From positions 154,506,001-154,570,000 of the forward strand of contig NC_058368.1 of the NCBI RefSeq assembly GCF_018350175.1: 64,000 nt of DNA, given 5' to 3'. The notes under the pieces are model-generated. The model did no database searches. It was not told the origin of the DNA and worked only from the letters and a program-made list of their open reading frames with translations. Position numbers and translations under genes: made by a program. Of the stretch, positions 27,331 to 41,808 are shown piece after piece. Source of the stretch: Felis catus (Eukaryota). The stretch's first letter is position 1. Every line of letters begins with the position of its first letter.

Positions 27331-27809
27331 CCTGTCTTATTGATAACATTGTGATTTCCAAAATGAATGAAATTTCAACTATTGAAAAATGAGAGGGAAA
27401 AAAGAAAATCTGAAATCCTTGTGAAAATATTCCATGAAATTATTGCAATATTTGCTAGTATTGACTAAACCCCTAAATGAACTTCATCTGACGAACTGTG
27501 GTTTCCACGTATGATGAATATTGTACTGTTGTATTTAGTTGTTCCACGCAAAAGCCAACAGTCCATAATGATGTTAAATAATATGTATTACACTAAGTAA
27601 TACTTAGAGATTTAAATGATTGGGGAAATCTGATATAGAGGAACTATTACACTGAAATACACTATAAAATTATTCAACTCTAAGAATGGTGAAATAATTT
27701 TTCTATTATAATTTATAGCAATAGGTAAAAATTAATAAAGTATTCCAGCATAACTATTTACTTTTTCTAATATAGTTTTATAAAAATTACCTTTAAGAAT
27801 TGATTTTTT

Positions 27810-29270
27810 CCAATGGTGGACTGAGCCTTGGGAAGAAGGGAGGGTTAAATAGGCAAAGTACAGATTTTCCTTTTTTTTATTTTTTTTGTTACAGTGGTGA
27901 AAATAATAAATAGGGCACTACAAAGGTAGTTATATGGCACTAGTCATTTGATAAAACCTGTAAGACTTTACCGCACAAAAATTACCCTTAATGTATACAA
28001 ATTTAAAAAGTAATATTTAGGAGATTGGAGGATTTCACGATAAAATGTAGACTGTGATTAAAGAATCTAACTATATTATAAATTTATGAAAAAACTTCAC
28101 TGAAGGTGAAGGGGGGAAAGATGTTAACCAAAGTCACATTGGAAAAGAGGAAAGACTCTAAGACTAAAGGCAAAAATAAATGAACTTAAGCACTGTCTCT
28201 AGTTGGTTGTTTTCCATGGGAGTAGGAGTTACAATTCTAATGCCCTAAGACTTGGATACTGGAATTAAACAATAACTGGATCCCAGATGGTAGGAGCCAG
28301 GTTTCTTAGTGTTGGAGTGGGAGGTTACAGATAAGCAACAAGAGGAGGCTAGAATCCATGTGGTAATGCATTAAAGTTGTATGTATTATTTGTTTATATC
28401 AGGATGGACTCATCATAATGCTGATTTTACTTGATGTATACACAAATAATACAAAAATATTAAAAGACGCATATAAGCAGGCTCACATACTCACATTTCC
28501 TTGCTTTATTTTTAGATTATAACGCAAGGAATAAAATAATTATCTATGATAATATAATAACTTAATAAATGGAGGAGAAAAAATTTCTGCAGAATTCCAC
28601 ATAATTTATATACTTTGCTGTCAAGGAAGTGGAGCATAACTCCCTATAATTCAGGTGGGCTGTAGACAGTGACTTACTTTCCAAGAGTAGGGCATGGAAA
28701 GTGGGATAAAGAGTTATTTTACAGCAGGGAAACTTTACCTCATAAACCTAACAAAGCTTACCTCAGTCAAGTAGGTGATGAAGGTTAAAATCAATGGTGA
28801 TAAATCATGTTGATGGAAGGATGGTACGTTTGATATGATGTGATGTAATGAGAATGGCACTTCACTTCTGTGATATGTCTCCCAAAATTATAACTCAAGT
28901 CTAATCATGATAAAAAAAATCTAAAAAATCCCAATTGAACGACATTCTGCAAAATACCTACTTGTATTCCTCAAAAGTGCCAAAATCAACAAAAGTAAAA
29001 ACAACTATCTCAACTCAGGGCCTTAAAAGACATGATAACTAAGTAGAATATGGTTATCTTGGAAAAGATCCTGACACAAAGGAGTTTTGGTAAAAACTAA
29101 GGAAATCTGAATATAGGCTTTAGTTAACAATGTGTCAATATTGGTTCAATAATTGTGATGAATGTACCATGATTACGATAAAACATTACTAATTTTAACT
29201 ATAGGGAAACTCCCACTATCTTCACAACTTTCCTACATATCAAACACCATTCTAAAATTTACAAGTCATT
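27810..29270 (+). mobile_element. L1MC3-like 3' UTR fragment
   Basis: 'aaagaatctaactatattat..cttcactgaaggtg', 'gatggtaggagccaggtttcttagtgttggagtgggaggttacagataagcaa..ggctagaatccatgtggtaatg'. Confidence 0.85.
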
Positions 29271-29770
29271 TAAGAATTGATTTTAATTTAACTCGGAAGG
29301 AATGATAAACTCTTCACATCTTTGAAGGCTTTGTATTCACACTCAAGTAAAATTATTTTTACTCTCAAACTTCTTTGGTATCATGAATAACCTGGTGCTT
29401 GCCTTGCTCACTCCCACCTCTTTTATTGTTCCGGTCACTCTTATCTCTGGCAATGAGGTACTCTTTCCTCTTAGAATACTTACCCCTCCTTTAAAGAACA
29501 CTATAAACCCTACTTTTAGAAGACTTTCCATATTCATTTTCAATTTTCTTACTCAAGAATATTTGTCTCTTATACTTAATCTTTATCCCAAAATTTAGCA
29601 TGGAAATATTTAAGATCTTACATTATTCATTATTTTTTGTGTATATAAGTGTCAACTCTCCAAAATGTGAATATGCATTAGGTTGTTTACTTCTCTATTC
29701 TCCTTAGCCAGTAAATCGAGCTATTTTTTTTTACTAGATACTATATTGATTTTATAATGTAAATTCTCAA

Positions 29771-29925
29771 ATACATATATACTTACATATATATACACAT
29801 ATAAATACACACACATATATATACACGTGCATATGCACGTCTGTATATATATGTGTATGTATATGTGTGTGTGTATGTATACACACACACATATATATGT
29901 ACATATATATTTACATATATATATT
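29771..29925. repeat. Compound (TA)/(CA)/(TG) microsatellite with palindromic centre
   Basis: Alternating RY tract; central acgtgcatatgcacgt. Confidence 0.93.
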
Positions 29926-30351
29926 CAGAAAGTGAATACATTTTCCATTGTTATTCTATTTGAAGATAAAGAAATTTTTTATAAATATTTTTAAGTTAGA
30001 ATATGGGAGCAGAAAATAAGTACATGAAAAATAAAGGTAAGACAGAAATACAGAAAGAAATATTTAGGTGGACTAGGACTAAGTAGGCCAAAGAGAGATT
30101 ATAGCAATTTTAAGGAAGAATTTGTTCTTTTATAAAAGAGTAATAATAATATTTACAAACAGTAAGAAAAGGGATTTATTTTTACCCATTTGTATCTTTA
30201 GTAAATATGTATATTCTCCATTTATTTTAACAGAGATTCCACATATAGTGAAGGGTTAAATCCTTTAGACAAGAAGGTACTTGTACTGCATTGCTTTATA
30301 CTTACTGAGCAGGAAATATCTTAGAGAATTTTTAAAGGAACAGACTTGGTT

Positions 30352-30620
30352 CATATGGCAGGAAGACACAACGTTTCCAATAACTGTTCTGAATTCCTTC
30401 CATGTTTAATAAATAAGAAGCTGGGTGCATGGATACTCAGGTCACATTTGTAAATGCTCACAAGATCTTAGTGTGGTCACGTGATTACATTCTGGCCAAA
30501 GAGATAGAAGTACAAGATTTTTTGACAAGAATTCAAGAATCTTCCAAGAATCTTCCTCAAAAAAAGATAGCTGGCACATCTTCTTTATCACTTTTTTGTT
30601 ATTCTTTCTGATCTTTAATT
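30352..30620 (+). mobile_element. MLT1 LTR fragment (old)
   Basis: 'gtgtggtcacgtgattacattctggccaaagagatagaagta' matches the MLT1 core motif. Confidence 0.6.
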
Positions 30621-33600
30621 ACCCAGATATTCCCTGAAGGAGTATTCCCCCATCAGGAATCATAAAATTGCTTTATTTTTTAGTTTTGCCAAAAGTCCAA
30701 ATTGTCAGCTGCTATTTCAGATCTTCAAATAAGAGATAAATTAATTTTGATCAAAATTGGAGGGCCTGAAAGAAGAATAACACCAACTCAAGAATTTATT
30801 TAAAATTCAATCCATCAAAGAAAATACTCCCTTCCCAAGTAGCAATCTTTTAACTTCAGGAATTCTGAGTTGCACTGAAAAACTTGAAAAATGTTGAAAA
30901 TAATGAGTTTAAGGATCTGTCTGTGGAAAATAGTACACAAACTGATAGAAGTTTCAGTCTTTCCTTTAAAAAATATTATTAAATTGAATTCATTATAGTC
31001 ACATGGTTTAAAGGATTCAGCTAATATCTGGTAGCCCATCAACACCTAGAACTAAATATGATACATTTTAGAAAGGAAGGGAGGAATAAAATGTTTTAGA
31101 TAGTTTTCTCAACTTTTCAACTCAGATATCACCATCTCTTTTTACAAAATAAATGGTACTGTCTTGGGAAGTCAAAAAAGTTCTCTTAGGTCAAGCAGTT
31201 TATAAGTGGTAGAGCTTGGGTTTGTACATGGTTTGTTTCTCTGAGTTCTGACAACATGTTAGCCTGTGTCTAGTGAAGGAAGAGTGAAGGAATTTTGTTG
31301 TCTTTGTTGGTATTTTTGTTATAGTTTGAACATGCATGTACCTGGAGGAAAGTTTCCTTTAGGGAAGAAAACAAGGAAAAGTCTAAAGCTGTTTGTATTC
31401 AGTAGATAAATCAGAGAAGTGTGAGAAAGTTCACAACACTTCTTTGAAAAGGAAGATTTCTTCCTTCCTGTTATTTTTATGTTAATTGCATAATATTCAC
31501 TGGCATGTGGAAATAATATTTTCCTCCTACTCATACTCAGCCACTCAGCTATTCTCAATCTGAGTCTCTACAGTAATACATTAGAATTTTTTTTATTGTC
31601 TGAAACACGGATAGGAATCTGAAAAAAAAATGTTAAATCAGATTATGAATAAATGGACACTAGGTTCATTCAGTTTGGAAAGGAATGTAAGATCTTGATT
31701 TAGTTAAATTTATTTTTATTTTTATGAGGATTCTTAAATTAAGTGCTTGAGTAAATTTACTGAAATGTATTTCATAGATACCAAGAACATCAAATTTTCA
31801 GAAGTTACTTTACTTTTTGGCAAATTGTTGTTTCTTTAAAGTATTTCAAACACCCAATAAAAGAAAGTCTTTCTCCATTAGTACACTCACAGAAAACAAC
31901 ATTTGGATAGATAAAGTGAAATGAATCAGAAACACATGGATTGTATTTCTTTAAAAATAAACATGAATTTAAAAATTATTGGAAAAGTGTCTAGCAAATG
32001 GGTTATTCTGAAATCAAAACATTTAAAAAAATGGATTAATACATTTCAGAAACTCTAAGGAGGAAAAAAAAAAAAAAGAAAAACACCAGAAAACTGCTTT
32101 TCAATTAAAGCAGAACAAAAGGTAATTTTAATTATTTATTATGTTATTTCAGAATTCTCTGTTTTGATTCAGGTAACAATATTTCATGTAAATTAATAAA
32201 GTCACATATAAGTCATTGTCCTATTTTGTACATACAGAGAGAAGCAATAATCCTGTCCTCCTGACCTGGCTTATAAGATTATCTTGCTCTTTTCATCCTC
32301 CCTCTTGCAATGGAATAAGAGAACAAAGTTAAATATGGTTGGATCATTCAGCTTCAAAAGTGGTCTCGGCTATTTGCAGGTTGTGTTTGTGTAAGTGCCC
32401 TGTACAGTACCTGGCACTTAGGAAGCACTTAACACATATTTGTTAAATAAACAAATTAACTTAGATTACCAAGAGTCTTAGATATGAAATTGTAAAATGA
32501 TAAAGGAATTGAGTCCCAGTGAAATTAAATGATTTACCTCTAAGATTATGTGAAACCAGAATGTGAATTTATCTTCAGGTTCCCTGCTTCCATCTATATT
32601 GACCTCACTATCTAAACAAGGCTTTTTCATAACTATATATTTAAAACCATAGTGATAGTTAGTGAGAACTGAAGAAGTATGGGAATATGAAAGTTAAAGG
32701 GTAGGGTCCAAAAATGCCTTAGTTCCTATCCATTCTTTGAACACAAAAATGCAGAAGAGCAGAAAGATGGAGTGGGTGTTAGGTGAGAAAATGTTCAAAT
32801 ACTGAGAATTCCAAGGAAGCCACACTATCATTCATTACATGAGTCATCTCAGTTGTTTTCAAAACATCACTAGAATTTTCTAAATATGGATTTGCCTTTG
32901 AGTTTCATGATACTTTCAAATCAGATCATTTCATCATTAATTTTTATTGTGGAATATCTCACAAACTTAATAGCAGCACAAACTTAAAACTTTCAGAGTG
33001 AAATATACTTGAGATATTATATATGTCTCATTTTTTTCTCATATGAGTATCTTTAAAACAAATGATTAACAATCGGTCTTCTTTAAATTACAATATAAGC
33101 AAAGTGTCATATATTCCTTGGCAACAAATTAATACGATCTTAAGAATATCAAATTTGTTTAAAGTTACTCAAATTTTTATTCCATTATAATTTAAGCACA
33201 ATAATATAGTAAACTAAATGTGATTTTTTTCTTCAGAAACATAGGTTTATTTCTAAAACTGCGAGATTTTCACCATTTCATCCTGTTGAAAGCTATCCAA
33301 GGAAATGGGAAATATAGCATGACCTGTCTGTTTATTGACTTAGGAACTTTTGACAATGTTAAATAAAATTTATCTACAAATTATAATAATCAATGAATAA
33401 CTTTTACATATGAATAAATGTATTTTCAATGACTGTATCTTTGATTTTTTTCTTCATTAGGTCAGTGGAGAAAGTGACTTGGGCAATAGTGGAGTTCACA
33501 ACTTGATTTGTACTGAAGAGAATAAAACCTACAGAGGTTAATTTCATACAGGCTCACAGAACTAGTTAGTAGCCAAACTAGGATTTGTATGATGCTAGCA

Positions 33601-34675
33601 GGTAGATTAACATGAAGTAAAGATTTAGAATTTACAACTAATGGAAAAAACAATGTGTAAGACTGCAATGCTGATATTTGCTATCAAATAGCAAAACTTA
33701 TGTCTGTTAGACAATTATGGGCAATCAATATCTCAGAGACAAAGGATAAAATTTCTCACTGAAGAGGTGTTCTGAACTTCTAATCCTATATACCTTCTTA
33801 GTCATCTTTCAAGAACCAACTCTCTGTGGACTACTTATCTCCTTTTCCACCAACCAGATAAGGTGATATATATAAACTCTCTCCAATGTACTCCCAGGAT
33901 ACTCATTTCATAATTATATAATCACACTTACCAATAGTACATTGCATTGTGATTATCTAGGTGTATGAATTTCTTTTCTGTTAATACAAATTCAATTCTG
34001 GAAAGAAAGGCAGTGGGATTTATTCATATTTATATTCTTAACATTTGGTCTAGTACTTACTATATAATAAAAGTTTAATGAATGAAATGGAATTTAAGTG
34101 CATAAATTAGTATCAAAATTCTAAGAAGATTAAGTATGAAAAAATTTTAAGGCTATAAATAAAATATACTATCTATAAGAGTAAGCTATAGGAGCCACAT
34201 CACAAGGTATAGCAGCAAAGCTAGAGTAAGGAAAAAATCAGAAAGATTAAATAATATTGAAACGTGTAAGTAGTCCAGTGATGTCACTGAAATCACAACA
34301 ATGATGAGGAATTAGACAACTTAAATCAGAACTAACCAATCTAGGCGAAGGATCAAGGCCCAAATCAGTGGCCCAAGTGATAAAACCCTTGGCTAAAGCC
34401 AATGTTTCAAGGTAGACATCGCTGTCAAAGTAGAATCAAGCACAATGAAGACAGAAATTAGCATCTCCAAAAAACAAGACTACTTTCATGGACTGGAAGG
34501 TTTGTTTAAGTAATATAGTATATTTTCAAGAGGCCACTCTTCATGAATGCACCTTCAACATACCATTATAGCCAGCACCCCCCCCCCCCCCCCCCAGGGC
34601 TGGAAATCTGAGGCTGGTGAGATAAGGCACAAAAAAAAAAAAAAAGGAGTTCAATGCTTTCAAATCTTTGAAATA

Positions 34676-34751
34676 CTTTCTAATACTTTAGAACAGCCTA
34701 TTCCTTTAAGATTCTTTCTAATACTTTAGAATAGCCTATTCCTTTGAGATT
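34676..34751. repeat. 38-bp tandem duplication
   Basis: ctttctaatactttagaa(c/t)agcctattccttt(a/g)agatt twice, 2 mismatches. Confidence 0.92.
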
Positions 34752-36746
34752 CTGGGTTAAAAAATATTAATACATACACAAAAACATACAAATGGACAAT
34801 CCAAGTACTCCTATGACTCTAGATAGAATGCTTGGAAAGAAAGTCTAATTATGGAATTATTTTATATTCTATATACAGTATACATATAGTGTATATGTAT
34901 ATTCTATATATGGAATTATTCCATATACTCTATATAAAATAGGGGGTTAGCTGAATTTAAAACATGGAAAAATTATAGCTATCTCCCACCACAGGTAAGC
35001 CAGTGATTAATTGGGAACTGTTAATAATTTTTGCTTGTTTATTCTTCAGTGTTCTAATTTTGCAGTGGTGTCCTTTAAGATGATGGACTTACTTGTATAT
35101 AACAAATACAGAGTTGTTACTAATTTTTTATCTGAAAATAATGACAATAATAATCCAACAATAGGAAATATAGGTGTGCCCATAATTTAAGAAAAAAAAT
35201 AGTATCTCACGTATTTTAAAGGGCTTATACATGTACCTTATTTAAATTAAAAAACATTTTTAACAGTATGTAATTAAAATTCCACTTGCCTTAGGAATAA
35301 ATTAACTTTTTGGTTAAAGGATTTTTTTTTTTAACTCAGAGTTAACAAGCCTACGAAGATGATTTAACCATATTGAAAAAAATTAAAATCCACCCAAAGC
35401 CCTCTAAAGATTCAATATAATCCACATAAAGATACGAAAGACATTCTTCACATAAATAAAGGAACATTGCTAAAATTTGTGTGGAAGCAGTTCTGAGAGA
35501 AAAAGGAAAGGCTGGAAGTATCATGCTTCTGTATATGAAACTATACTACAAAGCCATGGTAATACAATTGTATTGTACTGACACAAAAACAGATGTAGGG
35601 GCCAACAGAAAAGGAGAGAGAACCCAGAATTAAACCCTGGAATATATGGTCAACTAATATTCAGCAAGGGATCCAAGAATACCTGATGAGGAAAGGGTGG
35701 TCTGGGACAATTGGGAAAACACATGCAGAGCAATGAAAATGGATTCCTATCTCATACTACTCAAAAAAGTTTACAGAAAAAAAATCAAAGAACTAAACTT
35801 AAGATCTGACACCATAAAACCCCTAGAACAAAGTGTAGGGAAGAAGCTCATTGATATTAGTCCTATCAGTACGTTTTTGGACATAATGCCTAAAGCAACA
35901 ACAACAAAAGAAAAAAAAATCAAATAAAACTTTACCAAACTCAAAATGAACCATTAAAGGAAGTGAAAAGACAACCCAATAGAGTGGGAGAAAAATTTTG
36001 CAAACCATAAGGTATTAATATCCAGAATATATAAAGAATTCAGTCAACTCTCTAACAACAAAAATAATCTGATTAAGAAATGGGAATAACTAAATAGCCA
36101 TTTCTCCAAAGAGGACATCAAAATGGTTGACACAGAAAAATAAGTTCAACATCACTAATTGTCAAGGAAACACAAGTCAAAACCACAATGAGTTACCATG
36201 TCATATCAGTTAGAATCATTACAAGAAGACAAGAAGAGTAGTGTTGGTGAGGATGTGATGAAAAGAAGACCCTTATATATCACTGGTTAGAATGTAAATT
36301 GGTCCAACAATTATGGAAAACAATATGGAGGTACCTCAAAAAATTAAAAGTTGACCCACCATATAATCCAGCAATTCTACTTCTGGGTACATACCCAAAA
36401 GGAATGAAGACAGGATTTTGATGAGGTATAGGCACTCCCATGTTTATCACAGCATTATTCACAAAAGCTGAGATATGGAAATGAGCCAAATGCCCATCAA
36501 TTAATGAGTGGATTTAAAAATATGGTACACACATATAATGGAATATTATTCACCCTTGAGAAAGAAAGATATCCTCCCATTTGTGACAGCATGGATGGGC
36601 CGTGAACACATTATGCTGAAAAGTCAGAGAAAGAAAAGTTTACGATATTGCTTATATGTGGAATCTAAAACAAGTTAAACTTGTATAAAACCATAAAAAG
36701 GTGGTTATCAGGGTATGGAGGTTAGGGATAAGAGTGATGGTGTTTA

Positions 36747-38090
36747 TATCAAACTAAAAAGCATATGCACAGCAAAAGAAACCATCAACAAAGTAAAAAG
36801 GGAACCTACTGAATGAGAGAAGATATTCTCAAATGATATATTTAATAAGGAGTTAATACCTGAAACACAAAAAGAACTTATACAGTTCAATGCCAACAAC
36901 AACAAAAAAATATGGTTAAAAATGGGAAGATGACCTGAATAGAAAGTTTCCCAAGAAGCAAACAGGTGGCCAAGAGACACTTGAGATGTTTAATATCACT
37001 TATCATCAGGGAAATGTGAATCAAAACCACAGTGAGGTATCACTTTATACTTGTCAGAATAGCTAGAATCTAAAGGAAAATAACAACTGTTGGCAAGGAT
37101 ATAAAGAAAAAGGAACCCATGTGCACCATTAGTGAGAATGTAAATTGGTGAAGGCACTGTGGAAAACAGTATGAAATTTCCTCAAAAAATTAATAATAGA
37201 ATTATAATAAGATCCACTAATTCTATTGCTGGGTATCGACCCAAAGAAAATGAAAACACAAATTAAAAAGGACTATGCACACCTTTGTGTATTGCAGCAC
37301 TATTTACAACAGCCAAAATATGGAAGCAAACTAAGTTTCCACTGATAGATAAATGGATAAAAAAGATTGGTTATATATACAAGGGAATATTACTCGGCCA
37401 TAAAAAGAATGAGATCTTGCCATTGTGACAACATGGATGGACCTAGAGGTTATTATGCTAAATGAAATAAGTCAGAGAAGGGCAAATATCGTATTATTTC
37501 AGTTATATGTGGAATTTAAAAAATAATGAATTTACAAAGAAAATAAATAAAAATTAGACACAGAGGCATAAATACAGAGAGACAGTTGACAGAAGGGAAG
37601 GAGTGGGGAGAAGGGCAAAATGGGTCAAGGGGAATGGGAGCTACAAGCTTGTAGTTATGGAATGAGTAAGTCAGGGGAATTAAGAGCACAGCATAGGGAA
37701 TATACTCAACAGTATTGTAATAGCATTTGTATAAGATGGTAAGTACACTTGTGGTAGGCATAGCATAACGTATAGACTCATTGAATCACTATGTTGTACA
37801 CTTGTAACTAATGTAACACTGTGTGTCAATTACACCTCAATATTTTTTTTAATTAAATATGTATTTTGGAGAGAGAGAGAGAAAGGAAAAGATAGTGTGT
37901 AGCGGGGAGGGGCAGAGAAAGATGGAGACACAGAATCCAAAGCAGGCTTCTAGGCTCTGAGCTCTTAGCATAGAGCCCATTACAGGCATTGAACTCACAA
38001 ACTGTGAGATCATGACCTGAGCCAAAGTCGGTTGCTTAACTGTCTGAGGCACTCAGGTGCCTCTACCTCAGTATTAGTTTTTTAAAAGGT
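36747..38090 (+). mobile_element. 5'-truncated L1 nested in the 3' UTR of an older L1
   Basis: Restarts at ORF2 'atcaaactaaaaagc..gcacagcaaaagaaaccatc'; TSD atggtgttta at 36737-36746 and 38091-38100. Confidence 0.88.
37845..38064 (-). mobile_element. CAN-SINE at the 3' end of the nested L1
   Basis: Reverse SINE; TSD acctca(a/g)tatt at 37834-37844 and 38065-38075. Confidence 0.92.
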
Positions 38091-38311
38091 ATGGTGTTTA
38101 AGGGTACAAACCTGTAGTGAGTAAATAAGCCAGTAGAGCTCTAATGCACAGTATAATGAAAACAGATAATAAAATTATAGTATAATTATATGTGATAAAT
38201 ATGATTGTTGATATAGTCATATCATAATATATAAATGTATGAAACTAATACACTGTACACTTTAAATTTATATGATGTTATACATCAAATATGCATGATA
38301 ATAAAACATCA

Positions 38312-38420
38312 TGGGGATCATTTCATAATGTATAAAAATAGTGAATCACTGTGATGTACATCTGAAACTAATAGGATATTTTGTGTCAATAATACTTTAA
38401 TAAAAAATAAAATTTTAAAA
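38312..38420 (+). mobile_element. Very short L1 3'-terminal fragment
   Basis: 'gatcatttcataatgtataaaaatagtgaatcactgtgatgtacatctgaaactaata' followed by an A-rich tail. Confidence 0.75.
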
Positions 38421-39229
38421 ATAAAATTCATACAACACTAAGACAAATTTGAGCATAAGCTTTTTTTTCTTTTGATAATACAGAAATCACTGAATTGCAT
38501 AGGGAATAATTTTACATATATATTGAACTTATTATATACAAATTATTATTATATTAACTGTGTCTCTATATTGCCAGTTTGGGGAAGGAAATTTCTATCT
38601 GTCATTAATTATTTTCTTACAAGAATTAGCACATTACCTATGGATCACAACACATGTTCCATTTACAGAAATGTAAATGTAGAGTGGCTGGAATACAGTG
38701 TTACAAGAGGTGATGTTGCAAATGCCTTGATTGGTGCACTGGAGTTTTATTCTGGAGGCAAAGGAGAATTGTAGAAAGCTGTTTGAGTAAGAACGCACAA
38801 AAAGTTTGCATTTTAGAAGGACAGACCTAACTTGATTAGAGATAGAAAAGAATAGAAAACAAGAGGTCTAACGGGAGGCAATTAAAACAGTCTAGAAGGG
38901 TCTAGATAAAAACCAACTAAATAGTCCAGATGAAGAATATCTGCACCAAAGCAATGGCACCAGAAAAGAGTAATCAAAGATAGTTTCCAGGAAAAAAAAA
39001 TGTATACACTGTGATTATGTGGAGCTTAATCCAGAAATTCAAAAGTAAATCAGTATTAGGAAATGTGTTAAAATAGTTAATTATATTAGCACATAAAGCA
39101 CTCATTCTTACCTTTGCTCACAATATAACCTTCTTCCCCATACATTTGGAAGGTTTACCCCACCCCACACCATTCTGGTGTGATAATATGTTCCCTCTAC
39201 AAGAGACCATAATTGACTACTCTTTTTAA

Positions 39230-39447
39230 TTTTTAATTTTGTAATGTTTATTTGTTTTTGAGAGAGAGAGACAGAGACATAGCTTGAGCAGGAGAGGGGC
39301 AGAGAGAGAGAGGGAGACAGAATCTGAAGCAGGCTCCAGGTTCCGAGCTGGAGCACAGAGTCTGATGTGGGGCTTGAACCCATGAACCGTGAGATCATGA
39401 CCTGAGGGAAGACTGACACTTAACCAAGTGAGCCACCAAGGCACCTC
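39230..39447 (-). mobile_element. Felid CAN-SINE
   Basis: Reverse SINE; TSD ac(t/c)actctttttaa at 39216-39229 and 39451-39464. Confidence 0.93.
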
Positions 39448-41357
39448 TAAACCACTCTTTTTAAAGGGGCATTTACTGTCTTTCTAGAGCCCCTTATTCT
39501 GTTTATTTTTCTACCTAACAGTAATTGCTATCTAACCCTGCCTTATTTATATTTTTATTACTTGTTCATTATCTGTCTTTTAAAACTTTATTTATTTTGA
39601 GAGAGAGAGAGAGAACAGGCATCAGAACAAATTTGAGAGTAAGTGTTCAAAATCTAGTTATGTGTTATGGATATGACTGAATTCATATATGTAAAATACA
39701 TTTGGTATAACTTCAAAATTTTAAAAGTAAAAATAGACAAATATTTTCCTTATAGACCATCATCCCAAATGCCAACCTCACCCTCAATGAAAAAAACATC
39801 AGGAGTATTCCTACTAAAATTAAAAACATGAATATAACAATATTATTTGCCTCCACTCTCATTTTTTAATTTTTTTGGAGCAAGTAGCCAATATAACTAG
39901 ACAAAGGAAAAAGATATGAACATTTCAAATGGTGATTTATCTGGAAAATTCAAGAATGGAAAGAGAAAACTATTACAACTAAAAAGAAAGCTAAGATTTC
40001 TACAAAAGGGGAATAAATATCTATGTGGCATTTGAATAAGAAAGGTTTCCTTAGAAAAGACAGAAAAATGGTAAACTGATAAATATTTTAAAAAGACTAT
40101 ATTGAGATGAAAACATTTCAATTAAAGGAGACAATGAGTTAAAAACTAGCTACAAACTTGTAAAAGATATTTGCAATGTAAAGAAAATTTTGACAGTGGC
40201 CTGGCACCAAGATTTTAATAAAACTCCTATGAATTGGTAACAGATATTCCAAATACCAACTAGGAAAATGCATAAAGTTTGGAATAAAAAATGGAAAACT
40301 AAAACATAAGAACAGCCTGAATTTAGCTCATATTTAAAATGAGAATTCAAAGCAAAATGAAATACTTCCCATCCATCAAATTTATCAAATTAAAAGACCT
40401 TTTATAACAAGTTTGAGTGGGATGTAAGTGATTATATAAGAACACACAAAATTATTATTACAGTAGTATTTATAATAGAGAATTGCAAACATATACCCAT
40501 GAAATAAGGTAGTAGGTCTAAAGTAGCATGCAAAAATCTATCAAATATTTAAATAAGAGATAACAACTTCCCTATCTAAATGGTCTCAACATACAGAAAT
40601 ATATAAAAAGCTGTCCAGTTTGTTCCTGAAGTTAGTATTTGTCTTCCACTAAACAAAAGTTATCACTAAAAATTAATCTTTGCATTAGTTTCACTTGTGA
40701 ATATAACGTAAAATACCAGGTAAAATACAAAAAAAAAAAAAAAAAAAAAAAACAAAAACAAAAAAAACCCAACCACTTTGAAATAATATATAAAGAGAGA
40801 GATGAAACTTCACTAATCTTTATTTAATTCCAAGAAAGCAAGGATCTTATTGCATTAAAAACATGTATTGCAGATACAAACAGATGTCAGAGAGCAGAAC
40901 CCTTAACTTACCATCCCAAATTTACAATTAGTTATCATTCACATCCAAGTAAATAAACTGTAGAGTAATCCTAAGACTGGCAGAACAAACTCTACAACTA
41001 ACCAGAGAAGCCACATTGTAGAGGTTAGGAAGGGCATACAAAGTGGTGAGGAGCTGCCCACAGGAAGAGGGAACTGCAGGCATGGAGGGGAAAGTGCCAA
41101 GGAGCACACAGGAAGAAAACAAAGCCTCATTAAGTCTGACCTTGAAAACCAGTGGTGCTGAATTCCCTGAGCTTGTATAACCAGTGGGACTAGGAACCTG
41201 GAGCTAGAAAAGCCAGTTGATTCAGCACTGGGCCAGCAGGGAGGGCAAGTGATAGCTGGGTCCCTGCTCTCAGAGAGACAGTAGCCTGTGGAGAGGCAAC
41301 ATGGAAACAACAGTTGACAACAACACCTGGGGCAAATGGAAGGAAAATCTGTTTAAA

Positions 41358-41575
41358 GGTTTTTTATTCTTATTTTTATTTTGAGAGAGAAAGAGAAAGA
41401 GTTCCCATGTGAGTAGGGGAGGGGCAGAAACAGAGAGGGAGAGAGAAATCTAAGCAGGTTCTGGGCTGTCAGCAGGGAGCCATAGGCTGGGCTTGATCTC
41501 AGGAATAGTGAGATCATGACCTGAACCAAAATCAAGAGTCTGTCACTTAACCAGACAGAGCCACCCAGGTATCCC
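41358..41575 (-). mobile_element. CAN-SINE in L1 5' UTR
   Basis: Reverse SINE; imperfect TSD of about 21 bp, atgga..aaatctgtttaaa, at 41336-41357 and 41576-41596. Confidence 0.92.
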
Positions 41576-41808
41576 ATGGAGGGAAATCTGTTTAAATGGA
41601 TTTCAGAGATGTTGGGGGACTTCTCCAGATATGAAGGAGATAGCAGGTGCCATCCCCCCTCCTGCACCCCAGCATAAACACAGAGACATCTGAAGGAAGC
41701 TACTCTGCACAGACTCTTGCTACCTAACCTGCTAGTGGTGTAGCCTGCCCATCAGTTCTCCTGGGGATTTGCCTATTCCAAGCCCACTGTCCTCTGTCCT
41801 GGTCTGAG

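Larger units (their letters stand above)
35375..38310 (+). mobile_element. Older 5'-truncated L1 hosting nested insertions
   Basis: ORF2 3' part and 3' UTR at 35375-36746, resuming at 38101 after a nested L1. Confidence 0.88.

Noticed and set aside
30234..30276. 43-nt plus-strand exon candidate (DSTYSEGLNPLDKK)
   Set aside because: Moderate donor (AAG|GTACTT), no recognisable protein, no reliable partner exons, and opposite to the L1 strand-bias prediction.
33461..33536. Plus-strand acceptor and short open frame (VSGESDLGNSG..)
   Set aside because: Weak donor, and it runs into MIR-like sequence.
34578..34645. Poly-C and poly-A runs
   Set aside because: Simple homopolymers with no associated structure.
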